A DNA stretch of 63,787 nt, the filler included, from Octopus bimaculoides (lineage: Eukaryota): the NCBI RefSeq assembly GCF_001194135.2. It is 4 parts of 2 records of this genome, joined end to end, with 100 filler letters (N's around TTAATTAATTAA, not from the genome) between each part and the next. Parts side by side here need not be neighbours in the genome. Positions count along the whole stretch, not along the records: positions 24,224 to 35,616 come from NC_068985.1; positions 35,717 to 63,787 come from NC_068982.1; 2 more parts are not named here. One strand, written 5' to 3'. Both the position numbers and the translations under genes were made by a program. The notes under the pieces are model-generated. The model did no database searches. It was not told the DNA's origin and saw only the letters and a program-made list of their open reading frames with translations. Shown here in pieces: positions 25,631-38,583 of the stretch. Positions within the stretch are counted from its first letter, which is position 1, and every line of letters starts with the position of its first letter.

Positions 25631-26310
25631 CACTAGTCTAAATTACTGGTTTCACCGCGTGTCTGATTTTATTCGCGAGTTTTAAGATATGAGATGTTTA
25701 AAATATTTCAACGTCCTCATGTTGTCATTTCGATATACTTTCTATATTTTTCATATAAAGAGGTAACTTCTATGATATCTCTTGATATGGCTAAAAATAG
25801 CAAGCAAATCTCCCTCAACTCATTGGCTTTTGTCTTAGGAAGTACTGGATAATGTGATCCAGATTACGTTTCCTCAGAAATGCCCTTTCCTCATCGGGGC
25901 TCCTCGATCATGGTAATCTTGTGCTAGAACAACGACAAAGCAAAATCAAGAATGACAGCAGCAGTATGAGAAACAACAGCAGCAGAAGTGACAGTTATAG
26001 CAGCTACTGAGATTATAATTACATTACAGCTTGGCAAATTCATCAAGCGTATATAAAAATACAGCAACAAATATATTGCTTACACAAATAAAAATGCAAA
26101 ATTTTCAATAACTAAGAAATAATTTGTTCCTTTTCTTATAGCTCCTGGATTTTCGTAAAATGGCTTTAATGAAACTTTCGTGGGGAAACTAGAACCGAAG
26201 CCCCTGGCGCGGAATGTCTAATGCGACAATTACAGGGTTTATATAGATGTCGGACTGAAGTGTTGAAGTATTCTCTTATACTTTCATAAACTTTAGTATG
26301 TGCATGTGGC

Positions 26311-26347
<37 letters not shown>

Positions 26348-26419
26348 TTGTCTTGTTTTCCATTTGTGTTTTTCGTTGTTCGAAAAGATAGTTCATGTTC
26401 CATGTACTCGTACTTTGTA

Positions 26420-26781
26420 TAGGGCAGCGGACTCGTGGTCATAGGACCGCGGTTTCGATTCCCAGACCGGGCGTGGTGAGTGTTTATTCAGCGAAAACAC
26501 CTAAAGCTCCACGAGGCTCCGACAAGGACATGGTGGCGAACCCTGCTGTATTCTTTCACCACAACTTTCTCTCACTCTTACTTCCTGTTTCTGTTGTGCC
26601 TGTAATTCGAAGGGTCAGCCTTGTCACACTGTTTCACGCTGAATATCCCCGAGAACTACGTTAAGGGTACACGTGTCTGTGGAGTGCTCAGCCACTTGCA
26701 CGTTAATTTCACTAGCAGGCTGTTCCGTTGATCGGATCAACTGGAACCTTCGACGTCGTAAGCGACGGAGTGCCAACAACA
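26420..26781 (+). mobile_element. Group R SINE, slightly 5'-truncated
   Basis: Collinear with 62316-62705. Confidence 0.9.
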
Positions 26782-27343
26782 AATGTATGTACATATACGT
26801 ATGCATATATACATATATATATNNNNNNNNNNNNNNNNNNNNNNNNNNNNNNNNNNNNNNNNNNNNNNNNNNNNNNNNNNNNNNNNNNNNNNNNNNNNNN
26901 NNNNNNNNNNNNNNNNNNNNNNNNNNNNNNNNNNNNNNNNNNNNNNNNNNNNNNNNNNNNNNNNNNNNNNNNNNNNNNNNNNNNNNNNNNNNNNNNNNNN
27001 NNNNNNNNNNNNNNNNNNNNNNNNNNNNNNNNNNNNNNNNNNNNNNNNNNNNNNNNNNNNNNNNNNNNNNNNNNNNNNNNNNNNNNNNNNNNNNNNNNNN
27101 NNNNNNNNNNNNNNNNNNNNNNNNNNNNNNNNNNNNNNNNNNNNNNNNNNNNNNNNNNNNNNNNNNNNNNNNNNNNNNNNNNNNNNNNNNNNNNNNNNNN
27201 NNNNNNNNNNNNNNNNNNNNNNNNNNNNNNNNNNNNNNNNNNNNNNNNNNNNNNNNNNNNNNNNNNNNNNNNNNNNNNNNNNNNNNNNNNNNNNNNNNNN
27301 NNNNNNNNNNNNNNNNNNNNNNNNNNNNNNNNNNNNNNNNNNN

Positions 27344-27394
<51 letters not shown>

Positions 27395-27929
27395 GGCGGG
27401 CGTAGACATATATTCATACATACCCATGACGGACTTCCACAGTTTCATATTTACGAAATTGAGTCACAAGGCATCGGTTCAACCCGAAGCTAACGGAGAA
27501 AAGTTACGTTAAAGGGATCGAGCCCGTAGCCTTGTTATTGCAACGCGAACTTATTAACCACATAGACATACCTAGTGAAAAAAAAAAAGAAGAAAAAGAA
27601 GAGTGGTATGAACTCGGCGCTTTTTCCGTCGTTATATATAAATACATAATGACAAAACTATTAAATTACAATACCTGAAGCAGGTGTCAACTCGCACTGA
27701 CATAACCTTTCACATAAAGAAGTGCGGATTCTATTTTTCAATCACAGACACATTGGCATACGCACGTATGAACAGAGTAGAAAATAACGAAAGCCAATTT
27801 ACTGCTCTTTTGCCTTTCTTTTGTATCTCTCTCTCTCTTTTTCTGAGAGTGTGCATACATGTGTGTGTGTCTGTGTATGTGTGTGTGCGTATGTGTAATG
27901 TATATATGTATATGCTTACATAAAATGTT

Positions 27930-27964
<35 letters not shown>

Positions 27965-28004
27965 TACATTTCTATATATATATAGAAAGAGAGAGAAAGA
28001 GAGA

Positions 28005-28347
28005 GATGTGGCTGTGTAGTAAGTAGCTTGCGTACCAACCACATGGTTCCGGGTTCAGTCCCACTGCGTGGCACCTTGGGCAAGTGTCTTCTACTATAGC
28101 CTCGGGCCGACCAAAGCCTTGTGAGTGGATTTGGTAGACGGAAACTGAAAGAAGCCTGTCGTATATATATATATATATGTATGTATGTGTGTTTGTGTGT
28201 CTGTGTTTGTCCCCCGACCACCACCACCATCGCTTGACAACCGATGCTGGTGTGTTTATGTCCCCGTAACTTAGCGGTTCGGCAAAAAGAGACCGATAGA
28301 ATAAGTACTAGGCTTACAAAGAATAAGTCCTGGGGTCGATTTTCTCG
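28005..28347 (+). mobile_element. tRNA-derived SINE, group K (my label), with internal (TA/TG)n
   Basis: gtggctgtgtagtaag...ggttcagtccc...ccttgggcaagtgtctt...ggtagacggaaactgaaagaagcc; runs into a gap. Confidence 0.9.
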
Positions 28348-28723
28348 NNNNNNNNNNNNNNNNNNNNNNNNNNNNNNNNNNNNNNNNNNNNNNNNNNNNN
28401 NNNNNNNNNNNNNNNNNNNNNNNNNNNNNNNNNNNNNNNNNNNNNNNNNNNNNNNNNNNNNNNNNNNNNNNNNNNNNNNNNNNNNNNNNNNNGTGTGTGT
28501 ATGTATGTATGTATGTATGTATGTATGTATAAATAATACTGAATGGGACAAGAACGCAAACGTCCAGATAGTTAGGTGATACAAGAAAGGGACAAAACAT
28601 CCATATAGACGATACAAAGAAAGTTTTAGACACGGAATTCACAGTTTATAAAGAAATAAAATGGTAGATAGAAGAATAAAGAGTTAAACAGTAGATAGAA
28701 GAATACAGACAGGAGAAGAAGGT

Positions 28724-28928
28724 TCACAGCTCATCTTCTTCCAGAGGATATGGAAGTTGGTCCGTACTTCTGTGAAGGTATGGGCCCTTAGGTATAATCT
28801 CAGGAAAATCTAGGCTATATTTTGGTAGTATTTCGAATTTTGCGTTCATATTGAAGGAATAGATCAAGTGGTTAGCTAACCCAGTGTATGGAGATGCTAA
28901 CCTATCACTTGGGATATCCCAGAAACAT
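28724..28928 (-). CDS. Candidate exon of an unidentified gene
   Basis: ttttgcAG acceptor; 67 open codons CFWDIPSDRL...LPYPLEEDEL* in AT-rich surroundings; no family recognised. Confidence 0.3.
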
Positions 28929-30039
28929 CTGCAAAACATCCAATAGTTAATTAATTAGTTAAGCAATTAATTAATTACTTCAAATTCACCTTACTCTAAT
29001 CAAATATTCTAAATTACTTGAGATACTCGTCCTACTTTGGTTTTTGTTGTCCTTTTCCCTCAGATATATATATATATATATANNNNNNNNNNNNNNNNNN
29101 NNNNNNNNNNNNNNNNNNNNNNNNNNNNNNNNNNNNNNNNNNNNNNNNNNNNNNNNNNNNNNNNNNNNNNNNNNNNNNNNNNNNNNNNNNNNNNNNNNNN
29201 NNNNNNNNNNNNNNNNNNNNNNNNNNNNNNNNNNNNNNNNNNNNNNNNNNNNNNNNNNNNNNNNNNNNNNNNNNNNNNNNNNNNNNNNNNNNNNNNNNNN
29301 NNNNNNNNNNNNNNNNNNNNNNNNNNNNNNNNNNNNNNNNNNNNNNNNNNNNNNNNNNNNNNNNNNNNNNNNNNNNNNNNNNNNNNNNNNNNNNNNNNNN
29401 NNNNNNNNNNNNNNNNNNNNNNNNNNNTTTATATGTGTATGCATATATGTTTATATGTATACATATATACATATATATATGTGTGTGTGTATGTGTGTGT
29501 GTGTGTATGTGTGTGTGTGTGTGCGTGTGTGTGTGTTGTGGTTTGCATGTGATTGCAGTTCAATTAAAAGAAGAACACGTGAAAAGAATTTGAAAATGAT
29601 CGGCATGAAAACTTAATTAAAATTAAATTAATAAAAGATATCATGTATGTAGCTCACTGGCGAGTGATCTTAATTTTACACCTCTGAAAGGCGGTCAACT
29701 AGTAGAATCTTTACATTGTTGGGAAAATCTTTTGCGGTTCTTTTGCAACACATTTGTATTTTGATTTCAAATCCTGCTCATAGAGGCTTTCGAGTTTTAT
29801 AAAATACATTCCATTCATATATTAGGTTATATTCAGTGAATATAGATTTTGTACAAATTTAAGGCCTTTTGTCGATGCAATAAATCGATGACACACTTTT
29901 CTGTTATGGCCGTGTATTGAAGCAGAACTAACGCATTAAATGTTTAACCTACTTTTGTAAGTAGCTGTTTTATACAGAAACAGGTGGTACCAAGTCATGT
30001 CTCGTCGATAAAATAGCCATCCTATACAGCTCTGAATAA

Positions 30040-30340
30040 CTGAGGCCCATTGCTCTTACGCCTGGGTTTCTCGTGCTGGGTCTGCCACAATCCCCGTAGA
30101 CCTCATCCGAAATAAAGCCATCCAGCTTGTTGGCAAAGACTCAGTCGCCTTCACATTTCCTTACCTGATGCAACAGACGTTTGGTCTCCTTACTCTGTCT
30201 TTTTATCGTTACTACCTTATGATCTTCTTAACGATATAACACCACAATCCTATGACACCTGGCACACTCGTTTTCAAGTGCCGTAACTCAAGATGCCATT
30301 TCACCCAGTGGAGCTCTTCTCGTATCTGTCTAGCTAATAT
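30040..30340 (+). mobile_element. Decayed LINE RT C-terminal fragment (Jockey/I-like)
   Basis: IRNKAIQLVG...LSFYRYY resembles the RAVRII...SLCVFYRLY tail of such elements. Confidence 0.4.
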
Positions 30341-30838
30341 AACTCGAAATCGTAATTCCCGTATATCATTGAAGGTAATAAATAATATCCCTGAAAATCA
30401 AAATTTTACCTCTAACTTACAGTCACAATTACACTGTCTAAATATATTTACATTTAAAGTTTCATGTGATTTAACTTTTCATATTGGCCCGTCCGTGACA
30501 CTTTTGGTTTTGTGATATAAACTGTCTATTTTAAAGCAATCTAAATTGAATTAGTCCATCAGAATTTTACGTTAATTTATTCCCAACACCAGTTTAAATA
30601 ATGACAAAAATATTTTAGTATGAGTTTCATTATTTTAAAAATTAAAGGAATCGAAAGTAGAGTAATTTCAAAAGAAATATGGTAGGAAAAGAGTTTTAAT
30701 GTGAATATTGGGTTAGAAAATAATGTAATTCAAAGTAAAAAAAAAAAAAATCTAGAATAACGTTTAACTTTATTATTACCAGAAATATATAAACGCAATA
30801 GGTTTACGACTTCTCTGTCACTTTTCATACAAACCCAC

Positions 30839-30934
30839 CTGTGGTATCATCCCCGCTCATAGTGTCACTCGGTGCAGTACGCACCCTGCACCTATCCTTT
30901 TGACGTTGTTGCTTTTCATTTAACTCCGTTTCAA
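30839..30934 (-). CDS. Candidate symmetric 96-nt exon
   Basis: ttcatAG and CAG|GTGGGT; only phase 1 is open: ETELNEKQQRQKDRCRVRTAPSDTMSGDDTT. Confidence 0.3.
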
Positions 30935-31401
30935 CTATGAATCTTATGTATAGATTTGAATTAATTTCTAAGATTTCTTTTCTCACCAATTCTACTTTTA
31001 TACTTGATTTCTATTATCTGTTCTTAGAAATATTTCAGGTATTTGCTATTTTTAGTTCTCTTATATTACTGTCTTTATTTAGTTCTTTTTGTTCAGAAAA
31101 TATCGATCATATTTCTGATTAAGAACAAGATCAGTTTTCCTAAGGAATAACTTTAGTCCACTCAACACACCCGAATGTGCTGCTCTTGAACATTTTGTGT
31201 ATGGTTTTTCGGTGATTGTTGTGGTGAGCCAACTCCAGCAGAATGTGAACTCCGAGCGCAAAGACCATAATCAATTTGGTTGAATTTTCTACAGAGTCTG
31301 TCTACCAGTAACCGCAACACAACAATAATACTATTAAAGAAAGATATTGACAATAGTAACAATGACGTGCAAAGTTATAGATATACCAGCCTATCGAGTA
31401 G

Positions 31402-31450
<49 letters not shown>

Positions 31451-31829
31451 TGCTAGAAGATAAATGAGTGATACTAAAGATAATATTTTGGAAACCCAGT
31501 AAGGACAGTCTCAGTACTAGGAATGGTATAATGTGTACAAACAAAACCCACAATACAAAAACGCACACCGTAATCGCACGCTTAGACAGATAAGCATATA
31601 CATAGAGAAATAATAGTGCATACAAATCAAGTAATTTATACGCACATGCACTAAATAAACTAAGCCAACCTAGATACATAAACACGCATCCGTACACAAT
31701 GTTAAATATAGTACATATATCTTCCTACTCAAGTTAAAAATAGTACACATACGCAGACACATAGAAAAACATCTTACGGGTGCTACAACGTGCATATATG
31801 TTATATGTATATGTTCACCAACTCAGTAA

Positions 31830-32156
31830 TTGTTGTTGTTGGCACTCCGTCGCTTACGACGACGAAGGTTCCAGTTGATCCGATCAGCGGAACGGCCTGC
31901 TCGTGAAATTAACGTGCAAGTGGCTGAGCACTCCACAGACACGTGTACCCTTAACGTAGTTCTCGGGGAGATTCAGCGTGACACAGTGGGACAAGGCTGG
32001 CCCTTTGAATTGCAGACACAACAGAAACAGGAAGTAAGAGTGAGAGAAACTTGTGGTGGAAGAGTACAGCAGGGTTCGCCACCATCGTGGAGCTTTAGGT
32101 GTTTTCGCTCAATAAACACTCACAACGCCCTAACCACTGGGCCATTGTGCCTCCAC
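31830..32156 (-). mobile_element. Group R SINE with two internal deletions
   Basis: Reverse complement of 62316-62705, lacking the B-box region. Confidence 0.9.
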
Positions 32157-32639
32157 GGCAAAATATGTACCTAATTCAATAAAAAATTATGCACCTAATT
32201 CAATAAAATTCGTCTGATTACTATGCATAAAATATAAAATGCTTTCATTTTTTTTTTTCTTTTTGTAGATTAGGTAGGCACAATTCACCCCTGCTTTTCA
32301 ATCTCAGTATTCAAGCTACGCATAGTACTGCTGTAATACACATACTGCGTACATTTCTACAACACCGTTTTCTTTACGTGCTATAAAAGCAGAAATAGAT
32401 CTGCCTTCAACTCAGTCGCGTGCCTGTGTTTCGCTTATGTTTTGTGTGTTTTACTACATAAAGGTCACCAACTGCCTATCCTGAGTAATTAATGATAGCA
32501 CGTGCTTGTATTACAGGTGTATTTCTGAATTAACATCGAATCTATTAGCTACATATTACGATATATCAACTAATGAACCTCCAATATATTTCTTATATTT
32601 AATATTTGTGGGTTAATGATATATTGGTAATGTATTAGG

Positions 32640-33034
32640 CCTTGTGGAGCTTTAGACGTTTTCGCTCAATAAACACTCACAGCGCCCGGTCTGGGAATCG
32701 AAACCGCGATCCTATGACCGCGAGTCCGCTGCCCTAACCACTGGGCCATTGCGCCTCCAAGGCTCCGACAGGGGATGGTGACGAACCCTGCTGTACTCTT
32801 CCACCACAACTTTCTCTCACTCTTACTTTCTATTTCTGTTGTGCCTGTAATTCAAAGAGTCAGCCTTGTCACACTGTGTCACGCTAAATATCCCCGAGAA
32901 CTACGTTAAGGGTACACGAGTCTGTGGAGTGCTTAGCCACTTGCACGTTAATTTCACGAGCAGGCTGTTCCGTTGATCGGATCAACTGGAACCCTCGACG
33001 TCGTAAGTGACGGAGTGCCAACAACAAAAACAAC
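32640..33034 (+). mobile_element. Group R SINE with inverted 5' 120 bp
   Basis: 32640-32759 is the antisense head, 32760-33034 the sense body; TSD aatgtattagg on both sides. Confidence 0.9.
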
Positions 33035-33068
33035 AATGTATTAGGAATATGATACTAGTAGAATACTA

Positions 33069-33300
33069 GGTGAAGGCGCCTGATCTAGTTTTTAGAGATA
33101 TTTCGGCTCATTATTGTAAGATCATGAGTTCGATTCTCAGCAGTGCCTTATATTCTTGAACAAGACACTTTTATTTCGCGTTGCTCCATTCAATTCAGCT
33201 GGTAAAAATGTGTCACGCTGAATCTCTCAGAGAACTACGTTAAGGGTACGCGTTTCAGTAGAGTGCTCAGCCACTTGTATGTTAATTTCATGAACAGGCT
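33069..33300 (+). mobile_element. Second copy of the 1779-type SINE, 3'-truncated
   Basis: ttgaacaagacact...ccattcaattcagctgg core followed by gtgtcacgctgaatctc. Confidence 0.7.
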
Positions 33301-33336
33301 GGGGGAACAAACACAGACACAAACATATACACACAT

Positions 33337-33375
<39 letters not shown>

Positions 33376-33531
33376 TACGACGGGCTTCTTTCAGTTTCCG
33401 TCTACCAAATCCACTCACAAGGCTTTGGTCGGCCCGAGGTTATAGTAGAAGACACTTGCCCAAGGTGCCACGCAGTGGGAATGAACCCGGAACAATGTGG
33501 TTGGTAAGCAAGCTACTTACCACACAGCCAC
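33301..33531 (-). mobile_element. Group K SINE, 5' half
   Basis: Reverse complement of 28005-28215. Confidence 0.9.
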
Positions 33532-34542
33532 TAATTTTTATATATATATATAAAAATTATAATTTAGGGTATCTAAGAGATACCACCATGCTTGAAATAG
33601 CAGTCAAACCTTGACTCTAAAACTACATTAAATGTTCATGCGCTGTATGAGCATTTAATGNNNNNNNNNNNNNNNNNNNNNNNNNNNNNNNNNNNNNNNN
33701 NNNNNNNNNNNNNNNNNNNNNNNNNNNNNNNNNNNNNNNNNNNNNNNNNNNNNNNNNNNNNNNNNNNNNNNNNNNNNNNNNNNNNNNNNNNNNNNNNNNN
33801 NNNNNNNNNNNNNNNNNNNNNNNNNNNNNNNNNNNNNNNNNNNNNNNNNNNNNNNNNNNNNNNNNNNNNNNNNNNNNNNNNNNNNNNNNNNNNNNNNNNN
33901 NNNNNNNNNNNNNNNNNNNNNNNNNNNNNNNNNNNNNNNNNNNNNNNNNNNNNNNNNNNNNNNNNNNNNNNNNNNNNNNNNNNNNNNNNNNNNNNNNNNN
34001 NNNNNNNNNNNNNNNNNNNNNNNNNNNNNNNNNNNNNNNNNNNNNNNNNNNNNNNNNNNNNNNNNNNNNNNNNNNNNNNNNNNNNNNNNNNNNNNNNNNN
34101 NNNNNNNNNNNNNNNNNNNNNNNNNNNNNNNNNNNNNNNNNNNNNNNNNNNNNNNNNNNNNNNNNNNNNNNNNNNNNNNNNNNNNNNNNNNNNNNNNNNN
34201 NNNNNNNNNNNNNNNNNNNNNNNNNNNNNNNNNNNNNNNNNNNNNNNNNNNNNNNNNNNNNNNNNNNNNNNNNNNNNNNNNNNNNNNNNNNNNNNNNNNN
34301 NNNNNNNNNNNNNNNNNCTAGAGTACGTTCTGTCTTATCTTCGAAATGTCAGGTTAGAATAGAGACAGCTGATGAAGGAATATTCCAAGTGGCTTTCCGT
34401 TTTCCTATGTGTTCGTTCCGTTGTCTGTAGTTCATTGTTCTAACGTCCTGTACCCTTATATGCATATATATGCATATATATACACATGTAGATGTAAGTA
34501 TGTACATATATGTGTGTATACATGTATATATATTCTTTGTAT

Positions 34543-34573
<31 letters not shown>

Positions 34574-35616
34574 CTATTAAACCTTGGGAGAGGCATTATG
34601 CCGGTAATAAACACACGCACTGGTTCGGTCCTTTATTTATTTATAAACAGTATTTAGTTTTGTTTTGTTTTTTTGTTAAATCATTTCATTGCACTCTTGC
34701 AATCTCCTCAGTAACCCGTCTCTCCACTTCCATTTATCTTGAATGTATAATTCAGCGTTGTTTAGAAATTGTCCGGTATGAGCATGTGAGTGTGTGCACG
34801 CTCGTGTGTGTGCGTGCTTATATGTAAGTATGTGCGTCCATATCTGTGTTTGTTAAATTTCATTCATATCAGATAAGATAGAGACTTTGGACTTGGTTTT
34901 GGTTTTCTCTCTGTTATTTTCTGTTTTCTTCGTAAATGCATCCTTTCATTTTCACATTTTCTGTATTTTATGTGTGAACAACATCCGCAACCATGAGTAA
35001 TTGTAAGGCTTTTATCTACGTGTAATTGCTATTCAAAATTGATCGAATTTCAATTATGAAGACCGACTTTTGTATTTGCCGTAACGATGCGTCATCGGGG
35101 TGTCTAGACAGGATTTCTATGCTAATCCTGTCCAGTACACCACCATGTTGTTCTTTGGCATGCTGGCAGTGAGAGGAAGTTGTGGTGAAAGAGTACAGGA
35201 GAGTTCGCCACTGATGTTTTCGCTCAAGAAACGCTCACAATGCCCAGTCTGGGAATCGAAACCGCGCCTCCACCATATTCTTATAGTCAGAAATGAAATA
35301 TAATCAGACGTACGAAAAAGCAGACAAAAAGTCGCACAGACCAAATAAAGACGCAAATACAAGTACAAGACGTTTTGCGTCGTCACACGACTCGCGAACT
35401 ATTAAATTTGTTCCTAATATCTACTATTTCAATGAAAGTGCATGATACACGACCTAAATCTGAGAACCATGGATTCTCGACGAAGACAGGTTTTTTTTTT
35501 TGTCTTTTTGTCACAGCTAAAAATGAACTACGTCTTTTGATTACCTACTTACTATAATCAATCATCTTGGAGTCGCTTTATACATGTGTGTGCACGCGTG
35601 TATATATATATATTTA

Positions 35617-35716
35617 NNNNNNNNNNNNNNNNNNNNNNNNNNNNNNNNNNNNNNNNNNNNTTAATTAATTAANNNNNNNNNNNNNNNNNNNNNNNNNNNN
35701 NNNNNNNNNNNNNNNN
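35617..35716. other. Artificial assembly spacer
   Basis: Same 44+12+44 structure. Confidence 0.95.
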
Positions 35717-35743
35717 TACATACATATATATATATAACACTCT

Positions 35744-35776
<33 letters not shown>

Positions 35777-35812
35777 CACACACATACATACATACATACA
35801 CACATACATATA

Positions 35813-38544
35813 TCATCATCATCATCATCATCGTTTAACGTCCGCTTTCCATGCTAGCATGGGTTGGACGATTTGACTGAGAACTGGTGAACCAGATGGC
35901 TACACCAGGCTCCAGTCTGATTTGGCAGAGTTTCTACAGCTGGATGCCCTTCCTAATGCCAACCACTCCGAGAATGTAGTGGGTGCTTTTATGTGCCACC
36001 GGCACGAAGGCCAGTTAGGCGGTACTGGCAACGGCCACACTCAAAATGGTGTATTTTACGTGCCATCTGCACAGGGGCCAGTCCAGCGGCACTGGCAACA
36101 AACTCGCTTGAATGTCTTTTCAAGTGCAAGGAAGGCGACATTGGTAATGATCACGCTCAAATGGTGCTATTTACATGCCACCGGCACGGAAGCCAGACAG
36201 CTAGTATTCTGGCAACGATCACGCTTAGACGGTGCTCTTAGTGATCTACTGGTACAGGTACCATCACGATTTTGCTTGCCCTAACAGGTTTTCGCATTCT
36301 GAGTTTAGTGTCCAAAGAAGGAATGTTAAGTAGGCTGGCTACATCCCTGGCAGAGGCCTTGGATTTTGGTCTCACTTGACTTGCCAGGTCTTATCACGCA
36401 CCGCGTATTTCCAAAGGTCTCGGTCAGAAGTCATTGCCTCAGTGAGGCCTAATNNNNNNNNNNNNNNNNNNNNNNNNNNNNNNNNNNNNNNNNNNNNNNN
36501 NNNNNNNNNNNNNNNNNNNNNNNNNNNNNNNNNNNNNNNNNNNNNNNNNNNNNNNNNNNNNNNNNNNNNNNNNNNNNNNNNNNNNNNNNNNNNNNNNNNN
36601 NNNNNNNNNNNNNNNNNNNNNNNNNNNNNNNNNNNNNNNNNNNNNNNNNNNNNNNNNNNNNNNNNNNNNNNNNNNNNNNNNNNNNNNNNNNNNNNNNNNN
36701 NNNNNNNNNNNNNNNNNNNNNNNNNNNNNNNNNNNNNNNNNNNNNNNNNNNNNNNNNNNNNNNNNNNNNNNNNNNNNNNNNNNNNNNNNNNNNNNNNNNN
36801 NNNNNNNNNNNNNNNNNNNNNNNNNNNNNNNNNNNNNNNNNNNNNNNNNNNNNNNNNNNNNNNNNNNNNNNNNNNNNNNNNNNNNNNNNNNNNNNNNNNN
36901 NNNNNNNNNNNNNNNNNNNNNNNNNNNNNNNNNNNNNNNNNNNNNNNNNNNNNNNNNNNNNNNNNNNNNNNNNNNNNNNNNNNNNNNNNNNNNNNNNNNN
37001 NNNNNNNNNNNNNNNNNNNNNNNNNNNNNNNNNNNNNNNNNNNNNNNNNNNNNNNNNNNNNNNNNNNNNNNNNNNNNNNNNNNNNNNNNNNNNNNNNNNN
37101 NNNNNNNNNNNNNNNNNNNNNNNNNNNNNNNNNNNNNNNNNNNNNNNNNNNNNNNNNNNNNNNNNNNNNNNNNNNNNNNNNNNNNNNNNNNNNNNNNNNN
37201 NNNNNNNNNNNNNNNNNNNNNNNNNNNNNNNNNNNNNNNNNNNNNNNNNNNNNNNNNNNNNNNNNNNNNNNNNNNNNNNNNNNNNNNNNNNNNNNNNNNN
37301 NNNNNNNNNNNNNNNNNNNNNNNNNNNNNNNNNNNNNNNNNNNNNNNNNNNNNNNNNNNNNNNNNNNNNNNNNNNNNNNNNTACACCAGTCATTGGGTAT
37401 GACGCCTTCGTGTATCACCTGGTTAACTATACAGGTGACTAGGCTATAGCCGACACTACCAGATATTTTGAGCATCTCTGCAGTAATTCCTGATGGGCTG
37501 GGGGCTTTCCCTGTCTTCATGCTCTTAATTGCTTTATCTACCATGGTACTGTCAATTCGGATAGCTGGTCCCTCTGTTGGGTCAACATTCGGCAGACTCT
37601 CTTTCTCCCACTCATTGTCTTTATTGAGCAATCTTTCGTAGTGGCGTCTCCAAACCTCTTTCCTTATCTGCTTCCCTTCTAGCAGTCTGATACAATTCCC
37701 TGCTACCTCTGTTCTTCCAGTCCTTCCAAGCCTGTTTTTTTTTTGTCTAATAGCCCTGTCAATCACATTGTTCCACCACCACGTAACTTTGGGTCGAGAG
37801 AGGCCTTTACACAAGCCACAGATCTGGTCGGTGGCTCTCAGCAGGTTGTCCCATAGAAACCTCCAGTTGTCTTCCACGTTGTATGATGCTATATCCCCTT
37901 CTTTTTCGTTAAATGCTTCAAGTAGCATGTCTCTAAATCTATGTCCATATGCAGGATCTTTAAGCTTCCAAACCCTTCTCCTCCAAGCTGGTCTAATTCT
38001 GGGCATCCTTTTTGCCTTGATCCCGAAGTCGCTAACTACTAACCTGTGTTGAGGGGTACATTCTTTGCCAGGGAAAGTTTTGGCATTTATAAGCCGCCCT
38101 CTTTCCCTATTTCTGGTGAGGATGTAGTCGATTTGGCTAGAGTGTCTGCCAGAACGGTAGGTGACTAGGTGACAGGTAGTTTGCATCACAGAACTCCAGC
38201 AGTCTGGTTCCCTCCTTGTTGCGGGAACCGAAGCCTCCATGTATGCCATGGAAGCCGCCAGCACGACGTCCGACATGACCATTGAAATCACCAGCCACGA
38301 AGAGAAGGTCTCTGTCTTTTGTCAATGAGGTAGTTTGCAGGAGGGTGTTGTAGAATTGGTCTTTCTGCCCATCCGATAGCTCTGGTTGAGGGGCATAGGC
38401 CGAGATGACGGTAGCTAACCTATGATAAGGCACTAGTCTAATCTTAAGTACTCCGTCACATATTCTGACTACCTCGATTACCTTATCAACCCATTTCTCT
38501 GCAAGAAGTATTCCCACACCCCCGACCCCGTCAGCGTTCCCTGC
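35813..38544 (-). mobile_element. RTE-clade LINE, 5'-truncated, RT core lost in an N gap
   Basis: APE motifs GVGILLAEKW, VISAYAPQ, VAGDFNGHVG, SQIDYIL, KVTWWWN, KAIKSMKTGKAP; 3' UTR with short internal repeats and (GAT)n tail. Confidence 0.95.
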
Positions 38545-38583
38545 ATATATTTATATATGTACATATATATATATACATATATA

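Noticed and set aside
31302-31697. Minus-strand ORF resembling GPCR TM3-TM4 (LDLYALL...KRAITVCVFVLWVLF)
   Set aside because: T-rich decayed-microsatellite sequence naturally gives F/L/V/Y/C; there is no DRY motif or splice support, and the ORF runs through (CT)n.
34318-34362. LEYVLSYLRNVRL resembles the KCTD/BTB YILNYLR motif
   Set aside because: Too short and truncated by a gap; cannot be supported.
35990-36260. Short spaced repeats that superficially resemble a CRISPR array
   Set aside because: They are internal subrepeats of the RTE 3' UTR, recur in the second RTE copy, and lie in eukaryotic DNA with no cas genes.
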